DNA of 64,000 nt from an uncultured Alphaproteobacteria bacterium (GTDB taxonomy: Bacteria > Pseudomonadota > Alphaproteobacteria > RF32 > CAG-239): assembly GCA_934276635.1 (NCBI GenBank), contig CAKQTH010000002.1:11822-75821 (forward strand), read 5' to 3'. The position numbers and the translations under genes were made by a program. How positions within the stretch are numbered: position 1 is the first letter of the stretch; each line of letters opens with the position of its first letter. Below are positions 30,401-38,033 of this stretch, in pieces. Below the pieces are notes generated by a model, which searched no databases, had not been told where the DNA came from, and saw nothing but the letters and a program-made list of their open reading frames with translations.

Positions 30401-30864
30401 CCGTTCCCGCCAATCATTGTCGCAATTCTTGATGTGCGTTGCGCCGTAATCTTGTCATCTGTAACATTTGCGCCAACATATCCGGTAATAACAGGGGCTT
30501 TCGGGTTATCCGTTTCTTTTACGACATAAGAAAATTTATATTCTTCCCCAAGCGGGCCATAAACTTTTTCCCCTTCAACAGCTCCTTCAGGCAAATATTT
30601 TGCCAATTTGTCCGCCGTTAAAGTGTATTTGCCATCATGTCCATCGCCTTTCAAGGTATCATAATTATCGCTGATATAGGCATCAAGCGCGGAGCTGAGC
30701 ATTCTCATATGGCTCGCCGCGTTGATATCTTGCAGCTCGGTCATTCTTTCCGCTGATTTTTTATAAACAACAGGAGTAACCAGCGAAATTAACCCCAACA
30801 TTGCTATCGCCTCAATCATCAAGCTACCAGCCTGATTTATCTTTTTCATATCAAAGTTTTTCAT
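27457..30864 (-). CDS. giant (1135 aa) protein with a type IV prepilin-type N-terminal cleavage/methylation signal; modular pilin-like adhesin candidate
   Basis: N-terminus MKNFDMKKINQAG|SLMIEAIAMLGLISLVTPVVY: a basic leader, Gly at -1, Glu at +5, a hydrophobic stretch of about 20 aa, then an amphipathic helix, as in pilin alpha-1. The rest is G/N/D/K/T-rich predicted beta-rich sequence containing a perfect 8-aa tandem repeat. Confidence 0.6.
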   Translation of the reverse strand: MKNFDMKKINQAGSLMIEAIAMLGLISLVTPVVYKKSAERMTELQDINAASHMRMLSSALDAYISDNYDTLKGDGHDGKYTLTADKLAKYLPEGAVEGEKVYGPLGEEYKFSYVVKETDNPKAPVITGYVGANVTDDKITAQRTSRIATMIGGNGAIVDNGEVLGVQGTWQTDPADIELNGISDNSVVVASQNAVGASAQIDTSKFLYRVEDDVENNTMQTNLYMWGDDGAKSIEGVRQLLIGHQEGRDGNKKDNQDDDITADAEGYALYVSSKGAVKNTWLGGSLEAARKKLSVDETEFKYNPYTSTTGEGNTTAVAGAGLVVDNSGMTFSRTGDSKDKFAVNSNTLTYANNLISANIGAEESGDARAVRFFGNSDDAKVSIKEDGTTIKNQLVAMNPKNYVGTQDNKATYDGSGFKDKYARIGKKDSDGNAAYTSYIVAANNAKNANILSGRTIATQLETGYLKSDNFDTKSLRAGRNDLDNSQETWNLDVDKNGVKIGYKRKGESKAGELPAQYAYINVASSGKLEEARQIKGYGNDQESVGDLLQGTIQMRTLGQSSSGSTVKKPLSQLDIGRIYKDDGKAVKNVGGIAMTVSDANIENKVTAGNVNTTVKGGDIVMNVSPSDSTKGVDGTITLSRDSVEANNGIDVTPKYDKGSFLQFNASNNIQLQGDQYIHIQTVHHKSGDNAYGGKVVLQNNVLAVSGSDDVSKGDDNFNVQDRANNTIKAGVYIRRGSIDVQQFDDLDKIASSTGKNAADSTGKNAADAGTGYVKADRFVVDNVQDVKNGVSYERNPNEVYKDKTIGHGVRYDHYMVDPAYTSVMHDIKLTSRGGARLSDILPDFINKGIYVTDNSYGEGTTPKEKDITSMNNSVKEVNAIFASAFLGVVPAPQCPPGYAKVITLTPAGWRMAQIGTLVEDSSADAGNRLYLNESTPMYGNTSAKSPDKKIYDMTSKGLIKGDIKEIPAGGGSITIPRIFQQNTWLKSAIKLNLGGNVGENNNKGNEYSTGGQFVGWNTYMGFIYPSVLWSHLFDSSKTPGMGGSEAPQLGQGDNKIYWNLFPVDKWSIEGYATVYCYFDRNGLTNNSNSYFNENMVDTEYNQYSSLRTVEQGVERSNPNYIKRLNNPKLKYTQEW
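28564..28611 (-). repeat. perfect 24-bp tandem duplication inside the giant pilin-like CDS (encodes STGKNAAD x2)
   Basis: atcagcagcatttttaccggttga occurs twice back to back, at 28564-28587 and 28588-28611. Confidence 0.9.
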
Positions 30865-30875
30865 CGCTTTTCTCC

Positions 30876-31745
30876 TTATCTTACAACACTCATAACAATT
30901 AAACAGTTACTGGAATCTTTGTGGCAGTTGCTATCAGACGCGAACAATCCATTTTGGGAAATCGCCTTCGGAATCGGCACAAGTTTGTCTTGAAACCCGC
31001 TGATAAAATACTCAAAATTGTTAACCATCAACGAGTTACCTGCTGAATCTTTATATAATTTTTCATCAATCACTTGATCTTTATATTTGCCGGCAGGAAC
31101 CACATACCCCATCTTTACGCCCTGAGTCGAAGTTTTTTTGATGGCTTTTATCAAATCTTCATTCGGAGCCTCTAAGGTAGAGCCTTCAGCTCCTCTGGCT
31201 CTCCAACGCACAGGAATCGGCATTGTGGTCACAACATACAGCCTTGCATAGTTTTTGTTCGGAATAGGGTTCCCGTTTTCATCAACTTTGATTGAACCGT
31301 CTTCATTTTTCTGAGTTGCTCCTTCAGAACCCTGACAAAGCTTTATATCCGCGGTCAATTCAAGCCGATTAAAAACCGTAGGGTCATGCATATCGCGGCT
31401 TTTGATGCAATATAGCTTTGAAACTTCGCCGACCTCAGGCCTAAATCCTTCCAAAACGGTTTCAGATAAAATTCCACCTTCTGGTTTACCTGTATCTGGA
31501 TTCTCTTTAGGATTAAGTTCCGCCTTTGTTATCGTCCCCAAATACATTGTCCCGTCTTGCCCATTTTTCGCCAGCTTGTATTGCTTCTTAGTATATTTTG
31601 TGACTGCCTCATGCTGAATCAAAAGCTTTGAAATGACAGCCTGCGCCTGCGGCGTTACATACAAATCGCGCGAATCGGATCGCACGCTCAAATTATATGA
31701 AAACAGCGCCACAACAAATGTTGCCAATATTACCCAGATATACAT
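30876..31745 (-). CDS. membrane-anchored 289-aa protein co-operonic with the giant pilin-like gene (possible minor pilin or assembly partner without a canonical leader)
   Basis: The ATG has a GGGGGAAGAG ribosome-binding site and in-frame stops upstream. N-terminal hydrophobic helix MYIWVILATFVVALFSY followed by a helical segment. The stop lies 9 nt before the GGAGA ribosome-binding site and ATG of the downstream gene. Confidence 0.5.
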   Translation of the reverse strand: MYIWVILATFVVALFSYNLSVRSDSRDLYVTPQAQAVISKLLIQHEAVTKYTKKQYKLAKNGQDGTMYLGTITKAELNPKENPDTGKPEGGILSETVLEGFRPEVGEVSKLYCIKSRDMHDPTVFNRLELTADIKLCQGSEGATQKNEDGSIKVDENGNPIPNKNYARLYVVTTMPIPVRWRARGAEGSTLEAPNEDLIKAIKKTSTQGVKMGYVVPAGKYKDQVIDEKLYKDSAGNSLMVNNFEYFISGFQDKLVPIPKAISQNGLFASDSNCHKDSSNCLIVMSVVR

Positions 31746-31911
31746 ACTCTTCCCCCTATTTGTAACCTATTACAAATCCTATCATATTTTTTTTGAGCTT
31801 GCAAATTTTTAAGCCGATTTCAGGCAAAAATTCACATTTCTGTAACAATGTACAAAATTTACTGTCTTTTATTGAAAAAATGGTTAAATATATGTGCAAA
31901 AGGATAATGTT

Positions 31912-33894
31912 ATGGATAAAAAATTTCAAATTGTCAGCCCGTTTGAACCCGCCGGAGACCAAATCGAGGCAATTGAAGAACTATCCGCCGGCGTCGAAAA
32001 AGGCCTGAAAAATCAGGTGTTGCTCGGCGTTACCGGCTCCGGCAAAACCTTTACCATGGCAAAAATTATCGAAAAGTGCCAAAGACCCGCGCTGATTATG
32101 GCTCCGAACAAAATTCTGGCCGCTCAGCTGTACGCCGAAATGAAAGAATTTTTCCCTTATAACAAGGTGGAATATTTTGTTTCGTATTACGACTATTATC
32201 AGCCGGAAGCCTATATTCCCAAAACCGACACATATATCGAAAAAGACTCGGCCATAAACGAACAAATCGATATGATGCGCCACGGGGCGACCCGCAATGT
32301 TTTGGAAGAAAACGATGTGATTATCGTTGCCTCGGTCTCGTGCATTTACGGTTTGGGCAGTATGGAATCGTATTCATCGATGACTTTGCCGCTAAAAGTT
32401 GGCGATTGCGTTGAAATTTCAGAGATTGCCAAAAGGCTCGCAGAACTGCAATACGCCCGCAACCAGCTGAATTTTGCCCGCTCGACTTTCCGCATCAACG
32501 GCGATGTTTTGGATATTTTTCCGGCGCACTATGAAGACCGAGCCTGGCGAATTTCCTTTTTTGGCGATGAAATTGAAAGCATTTGCGAATTTGACTCTCT
32601 GAGCGGAAAAAAGACCGCGGACTTGAACGAAGTCGTCGTTTATCCTGCCAATCACTATGTTACGCCGCGCCCTGCCCTTTCGCAGGCTATGGAACACATC
32701 AAGCAAGATTTGGACGAGCGGCTGACCTTTTTCAAAGAGCACGGAAAACTGCTCGAGGCTCAACGGCTTGAACAGCGCACCAGATTTGATTTAGAGATGA
32801 TGGAAGCGACCGGACATTGCAAAGGAATCGAAAATTATTCGCGATATCTGACCGGCCGCAGCGAGGGCGAACCTCCTCCGACTCTATTTGAATATTTTCC
32901 GAAAAATTCGCTTGTTTTTATTGATGAAAGCCATATTTCCATACCGCAAATCGGGGCGATGTACCGCGGCGACCAAAACCGCAAGTCCACGCTTTCGGAA
33001 TACGGATTCCGCCTGCCGTCGTGTCGCGACAACCGCCCGCTCAAGTTTGAAGAGTGGAACGCCATGCGCGGACAAACAATTTTTGTTTCGGCGACTCCGG
33101 GACCGTGGGAGATGGAACAAACCAAAGGCGAGTTTGTCGAACAGGTTATTCGTCCGACCGGACTGACCGACCCGCTTTGCATCGTTAAAGGCGCGCAAAA
33201 TCAGATTGACGACCTTATGGAAGAATGCCGAAAAACCATTGCCAAAGGCGAACGCGTTTTGGTAACGACACTGACAAAAAAAATGGCGGAAGACCTGACC
33301 GAATACCTGTCCGAAAACGGCATCAAAGTCCGCTATATGCACTCTGATATCGACACTTTGGAGCGCATTGAAATTATCCGCGACCTGCGCCTCGGTGTGT
33401 TTGATGTTTTGGTCGGAATCAACCTGTTGCGTGAGGGTTTGGATATTCCGGAATGCTCTCTTGTCGCAATTTTGGACGCCGACAAAGAGGGTTTTCTGCG
33501 GTCTACACGCTCGCTTATTCAGACTATCGGACGAGCCGCGCGAAACGCTCAAGGACGCGTGATTATGTATGCCGACAAAATCACCGATTCGATTGATGCC
33601 GCGCTCAAAGAAACCGCCCGCCGCCGAGAAAAGCAACAAAAATATAATATTGAGCACAATATCACGCCGCAAACCATCAAAAAGAGCATTTCTTCAACCC
33701 TAAAGGCGATGAGCGAAACCGATTTTGTTAAAGACGACGCACCGAAAGATGTTGATTTGCGCAATGTTGACAAGCAGATTAAGGACCTGACGAAAAAGAT
33801 GAAGGCCGCCGCTGAAGAGCTTGATTTTGAAAATGCCGTAAAATATCGCGACAAAATTAAAAAACTTGAAGAATTTCGCTTGAAAAATTCTTGA
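31912..33894 (+). CDS. uvrB: excinuclease ABC subunit B
   Basis: GVTGSGKTF Walker A, helicase motifs and a C-terminal UvrB/UvrC interaction helix. The start was moved to the ATG at 31912 ([17 protein letters not shown]), which has an AAGGA ribosome-binding site. Confidence 0.95.
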   Translation: MDKKFQIVSPFEPAGDQIEAIEELSAGVEKGLKNQVLLGVTGSGKTFTMAKIIEKCQRPALIMAPNKILAAQLYAEMKEFFPYNKVEYFVSYYDYYQPEAYIPKTDTYIEKDSAINEQIDMMRHGATRNVLEENDVIIVASVSCIYGLGSMESYSSMTLPLKVGDCVEISEIAKRLAELQYARNQLNFARSTFRINGDVLDIFPAHYEDRAWRISFFGDEIESICEFDSLSGKKTADLNEVVVYPANHYVTPRPALSQAMEHIKQDLDERLTFFKEHGKLLEAQRLEQRTRFDLEMMEATGHCKGIENYSRYLTGRSEGEPPPTLFEYFPKNSLVFIDESHISIPQIGAMYRGDQNRKSTLSEYGFRLPSCRDNRPLKFEEWNAMRGQTIFVSATPGPWEMEQTKGEFVEQVIRPTGLTDPLCIVKGAQNQIDDLMEECRKTIAKGERVLVTTLTKKMAEDLTEYLSENGIKVRYMHSDIDTLERIEIIRDLRLGVFDVLVGINLLREGLDIPECSLVAILDADKEGFLRSTRSLIQTIGRAARNAQGRVIMYADKITDSIDAALKETARRREKQQKYNIEHNITPQTIKKSISSTLKAMSETDFVKDDAPKDVDLRNVDKQIKDLTKKMKAAAEELDFENAVKYRDKIKKLEEFRLKNS

Positions 33895-33913
33895 TAAACG
33901 GAGCAAAAAAACT

Positions 33914-34354
33914 ATGAAAATCACTATTATTGCAATCGGAAAATGCAAAAAAAATTCGCCGGAATACGCCTTGATTGAAGAATATAAAAAGCGCTCAAAT
34001 TGGGAAATTATCATCAAAGAAAAAGACAATTCAAACCAAAAAGACGAGGCGGAATTTTTGCAATCATCAATCCCGTCCGGCGCAAAAGTCGTGGTGCTTG
34101 ACGAACGCGGAGAAAACATAAAATCGCTTGATTTTGCCGCAAAACTCGAGGCGTGGGAAAATTCCGGCTGCCAAAATATCTGCTTTTTAATCGGCGGGGC
34201 GGACGGACATCTTGAATCCACCCGCAAACGCGCTGATTTGCTGCTTTCGTTCGGAAAAATGACCCTGCCGCATATGTTGATGCGTGCGGTTTTGAGCGAA
34301 CAAATTTATCGGGCGCAGACGATTATTCATCACCACCCGTACCACCGCGAATAA
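33914..34354 (+). CDS. rlmH: 23S rRNA (pseudouridine1915-N3)-methyltransferase RlmH
   Basis: 146 aa SPOUT-family protein (MKITIIAIGK...GGADGH). Confidence 0.8.
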   Translation: MKITIIAIGKCKKNSPEYALIEEYKKRSNWEIIIKEKDNSNQKDEAEFLQSSIPSGAKVVVLDERGENIKSLDFAAKLEAWENSGCQNICFLIGGADGHLESTRKRADLLLSFGKMTLPHMLMRAVLSEQIYRAQTIIHHHPYHRE

Positions 34355-34383
34355 GCAGATATCTTACCAAAATTTTCAAACAA

Positions 34384-34414
34384 AAACCACCGAGGGGAGT
34401 CGGTGGTTTTTTTG
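34384..34414 (+). terminator. rho-independent terminator after rlmH
   Basis: ACCACCG-aggggag-TCGGTGGT followed by a T7 run. Confidence 0.7.
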
Positions 34415-34448
34415 TGTTTTTCTCCGGTGAACGAAAAGAGAAAAACAG

Positions 34449-34944
34449 CTAGAAAGAAATGATAATGGTGTTATCTTTTTCTTCATGAACATCAGCGACG
34501 GCTTCTGCCAGGGCATAAAATGTTCGGTGTCCGGTCGGCATGGTTGTCATTCCGATGGTCGATGAGCCGGAGTCTGAAGTTGAGCCAGACCCGTTGCCGG
34601 TTGAAGAACCCGTACAGGAATTTGAACCTGTATCAGGTTTTGTCTCTTCCCCGCCGCTTGAACTCTGGTTGCCGTTGTTTGAATCAGAACCGCCGTTGTC
34701 AGGGGTCTTACCTAAAGTTGTTCCAGCTTTGCCAGTCCTCAGAAAAAGGATTGAATTTAGCATTTTTAAGAAAAGTTGATAAATCGAGTTCTACATTTTC
34801 TCCGGTATCTTCACCAAAATAAGAAACAGAGTTAATCTTATTGGAGTCTTACCAAGATGATGTCCCTATCAATATAGCCGCGTTCGCGTTGACGCAGATG
34901 GCAAGAGCGGTGGAAAGGGAGAGGAAAAAGGGTTTACTTTTCAT
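34449..34944 (-). pseudogene. fragmented small secreted/lipoprotein-like gene: a signal-peptide ORF (34849-34944), then a stop, an 85-nt gap and a +1-frame Gly/Ser-rich ORF (34449-34763)
   Basis: [22 protein letters not shown] is a signal peptide ending in a stop after 31 codons. The downstream 104-aa ORF is low-complexity G/S/T/N-rich and ends in ...IIISF. A G9 tract lies 39 nt upstream of the ATG. Confidence 0.3.
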
Positions 34945-34982
34945 AATACATATTCCTTTATAAAAATATTTAAAAACATCTA

Positions 34983-34991
34983 CCCCCCCCC
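34983..34991 (-). repeat. G9 homopolymer (C9 on the plus strand) followed by TAGA, upstream of the fragmented lipoprotein-like ORF
   Basis: Read directly from the sequence: the minus strand reads ...ctctcGGGGGGGGGtagatgttttt... Confidence 0.9.
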
Positions 34992-35164
34992 GAGAGTTTT
35001 CTCGGAGAGGGGTACATATTTTGCCGAACACATCACTGTTTCGACATTGCCTTATATTATGACTTTCTCGCAAAAGTCAACGATAAGCCACGCAAACCGC
35101 AGGTTTTTACAAAAAAGAGGCGGGTTTTCACCTGCCTCTGAAAACATATTTACGGATATGTCCT

Positions 35165-36523
35165 CTATAAGGGAATAGAAATGAGTACCCTCAAGCCTCC
35201 CATAGAACTATCGGAAAGCTCAATCTTTCCGCCGTGTGATGTAATAATGTCCTTAGCAATCGCAAGTCCGAGCCCGACGCCGCCGGTTTCTTTGTTGCGG
35301 GAGCCTTCAATGCGATAAAACGCCTTGAAAACATCTTCGCGTTTGTCTGCCGGAATTCCCGGCCCGTCATCTTCAATCGCAACCTCAAGTTTGTTATTGT
35401 TGCTCTCAAGCGATACGGCGATTGTTTTGCCATAATTAAACGCATTTGAAATGACATTCGTCAGCGCGCGTTTCAAAGCCTGTTCACGCCCCTGAATAGC
35501 GCTGACCTGATCGTTGGTCGAATATCTTATCATCGCCTTGGTGTTTCTGAACTTGTTGATAATGCTCAAAATCAGTTCGTTCATATCAACAAAGGTTGCC
35601 TTTTCGCCGCCTTCACCGCTGACAAACGACAGATACCCGTCAAGCATCTTTTCCATTTCGGAAATATCATTCAAAAACTCTTCTTTTTCTTCCATTTTCG
35701 GCATCATTGCAATCTGAAGTTTCATTCTGGTCAGCGGAGTGCGCAAATCGTGCGAAACACCGGCAAGCATCTGCGTTCTTTCACTGATTTGGCGCTGAAT
35801 ACGCTCTTTCATTTTGATAAACGCATATCCGGCGCGGCGAACCTCAATCGAGCCGTACGGCTTGAACTTTTTGTTGTCGATTCCTTTACCGAAATCCTCT
35901 GCGGCCTGAGCCAACTGAGCAATGGAACGAACCTGAATCCTCAGGAAAAGCGCAGCCACAATAAACAGCAGCAGCGATGTTCCAATCATCCATGCCACAA
36001 ACCCGAAAATCGAGGTGCTGAAGATGTTTTTCGGAGAAGTCAAAAACTCAAACAATCCGTCTTTTGTATCCAAATATACAAACAACTCCGTGCGGTCTTC
36101 ATTCAAATAAATCGTGCTGATTGCGTCCGGAAATTCTTTTTTGAGCGAATTTTCCAAAAATCCGGTAACCATCTTGCTGTTTTTGTTTTGGCGGTTCAAA
36201 ACCGAATGACGCGCATCGTTGTCATAAAATTTTACCTGCATATCATACAGTTTATCCGACAATTTTGCAATTTTATCAAAATTTTCGGGACTGTTTTCGG
36301 CCAGTTCAACCACAAATGCCATATTGGAAGTTAGGTTGTTCGAAAGCTTTCTGCCGACTTTGCCCCAGCTGCCGTCAAAAAATGCGACAATGGACACAAT
36401 TTGAACCACAATCAGCGGAATAAATATCAAAAGCATTGTTCTGAAAAACAATGTTTTCGGCATAAATTTCAATTTGAGATATCTCAAAGCATTTTCTGCT
36501 TTTTCGGGCATTTTAAAATGCAT
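35165..36523 (-). CDS. sensor histidine kinase (EnvZ-like; HAMP plus HisKA plus HATPase)
   Basis: Two TMs, an H-box (SHDLRTPLTRM) and G-boxes (DDGPGIP, GGVGLGLAI). Lies downstream of an OmpR-family regulator. Confidence 0.85.
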   Translation of the reverse strand: MHFKMPEKAENALRYLKLKFMPKTLFFRTMLLIFIPLIVVQIVSIVAFFDGSWGKVGRKLSNNLTSNMAFVVELAENSPENFDKIAKLSDKLYDMQVKFYDNDARHSVLNRQNKNSKMVTGFLENSLKKEFPDAISTIYLNEDRTELFVYLDTKDGLFEFLTSPKNIFSTSIFGFVAWMIGTSLLLFIVAALFLRIQVRSIAQLAQAAEDFGKGIDNKKFKPYGSIEVRRAGYAFIKMKERIQRQISERTQMLAGVSHDLRTPLTRMKLQIAMMPKMEEKEEFLNDISEMEKMLDGYLSFVSGEGGEKATFVDMNELILSIINKFRNTKAMIRYSTNDQVSAIQGREQALKRALTNVISNAFNYGKTIAVSLESNNNKLEVAIEDDGPGIPADKREDVFKAFYRIEGSRNKETGGVGLGLAIAKDIITSHGGKIELSDSSMGGLRVLISIPL

Positions 36524-36545
36524 TTATATTCTCCTTTAACAAAAA

Positions 36546-37238
36546 TTAATCAGGCAAAAGCATATAACCTTTGCCTCGTACGGTTTGCAAATAGCGCGGA
36601 TTTTTCGAATCTGCCTCAATTTTGCGGCGCAAGCGCGTAATCTGCACATCAATAGACCGCGGGCTTTGATTTCCACCCAAAATTTCCGCCAGCTTTTCGC
36701 GCGAAAAAATCCGGCCGGAAGTCTGTCCCAAAGTACACAAAAGAGCCTGTTCGACTGGCGTGATATGAACAACATTGCCGTCAGAATCCAAAAGCTCTTT
36801 TTTTGACATATTATACGAACATCTGCCCAAACTAATTTTTTCCGACTGCTGCGGTTTTTCACCTTTCGGAGCACGACGCAGAATATTTTTAATGCGCAAA
36901 ATCAGCTCCTTAGGCTCAAACGGTTTCGGAATATAGTCATCAGCGCCGCATTCCAGCCCGCTGATACGATCCGCGGTTTCGCCCATTGCCGTAAGCATAA
37001 TCGCCGGGACATCACTTTCTTTGCGCAGTTTGGTCAAAAACTCTATTCCGCTTTCATTCGGCATCATAACATCGACAATCAGCAAATCAAAGCTGTATTC
37101 CTTGAGCATATCGCGTGCCGACTGGGCATCTTTTGCGCTTGAGGCAAAAAAACCTTCGTCCCGCAAAAATCTTTGCAGGAGCGAGCGCAGCCTTGTATCA
37201 TCATCAACTACAAGAATATGAGCTTTTGAATCCGGCAT
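36546..37238 (-). CDS. OmpR-family response regulator
   Basis: Receiver domain (VVDDD...DLLIVDVMMP) and a winged-helix domain (LTAMGETADRISGLECGADDYIPKPFEPKEL). Confidence 0.9.
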   Translation of the reverse strand: MPDSKAHILVVDDDTRLRSLLQRFLRDEGFFASSAKDAQSARDMLKEYSFDLLIVDVMMPNESGIEFLTKLRKESDVPAIMLTAMGETADRISGLECGADDYIPKPFEPKELILRIKNILRRAPKGEKPQQSEKISLGRCSYNMSKKELLDSDGNVVHITPVEQALLCTLGQTSGRIFSREKLAEILGGNQSPRSIDVQITRLRRKIEADSKNPRYLQTVRGKGYMLLPD

Positions 37239-37246
37239 TTCTTCAC

Positions 37247-37972
37247 CTATTTTGCAGATGCTTTCTTAGTTGTTGATTTTTTTGCCGCAGGCTTCTTTGC
37301 AGCCTTTTTAGCGGAAGCGCTCTTTTTTGCCGGAGTTTTCTTTGCTGCCGCTTTTGCAGTTTTCTTTACGGTCTTTTTTGCAACAGCTTCGGCTGTTGTT
37401 TTTTTCTCGGCCTTTTTCTTTTTTTCCAGACTCTTAATATATTCAAGGCTCTTTTCAAAATATTGATATCCGGTAATAAATGTCAGCACGCCGGCAACCC
37501 AAAGCAAAATCTCTCCGACCCCGCCCCAATACCAAAATCCGCGGAGCAGCATCATTGCCAAAGCCGTCATCTGAAATCCGGTCTTCCACTTTGCAAGGCG
37601 GGTAACCGGCATTCCGACATTAACCTCGCGCAAAAATTCGCGCAGTCCGGAAACCAATATCTCGCGGCAAAGAATTACAAACACCGGAACATAGCTGAGT
37701 TTGCATGTAATCATATCCGGCTTAATCAAAATAACCACCAAAGCGGAGGCCACCAAAAGTTTGTCGGCAATCGGGTCAAGCAAGCGTCCGAAAGCGGAAG
37801 TTTGATTATACAAACGGGCAAGATACCCGTCAAAATAATCGGTTATGGAAGCGGCAATAAAAAGAATTGCGGCAAAATAGCCGTACCACGGCCAGCTGCA
37901 ATACACCGACAAGAAAATAAGCGGAATTACGGCAATTCTTGAAATTGTCAATATATTAGGAAGATTATACAC
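37247..37972 (-). CDS. pgsA: CDP-alcohol phosphatidyltransferase (PgsA-like) with a roughly 55-aa Lys/Ala-rich histone H1-like C-terminal tail
   Basis: DGYLAR...G...D..AD motif. The uvrC-pgsA adjacency is conserved. The tail reads KKKKAEKKTTAEAVAKKTVKKTAKAAAKKTPAKKSASAKKAAKKPAAKK. Confidence 0.75.
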   Translation of the reverse strand: MYNLPNILTISRIAVIPLIFLSVYCSWPWYGYFAAILFIAASITDYFDGYLARLYNQTSAFGRLLDPIADKLLVASALVVILIKPDMITCKLSYVPVFVILCREILVSGLREFLREVNVGMPVTRLAKWKTGFQMTALAMMLLRGFWYWGGVGEILLWVAGVLTFITGYQYFEKSLEYIKSLEKKKKAEKKTTAEAVAKKTVKKTAKAAAKKTPAKKSASAKKAAKKPAAKKSTTKKASAK

Positions 37973-38033
37973 GACAGACTCCTTTGGTTGTTAGCTGTTT
38001 ATTTCAAATATGGCTCATATTATGACATTTTTT

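Noticed and set aside
32884-33672. 262-aa minus-strand ORF inside uvrB
   Set aside because: Antisense to uvrB with no motif support.
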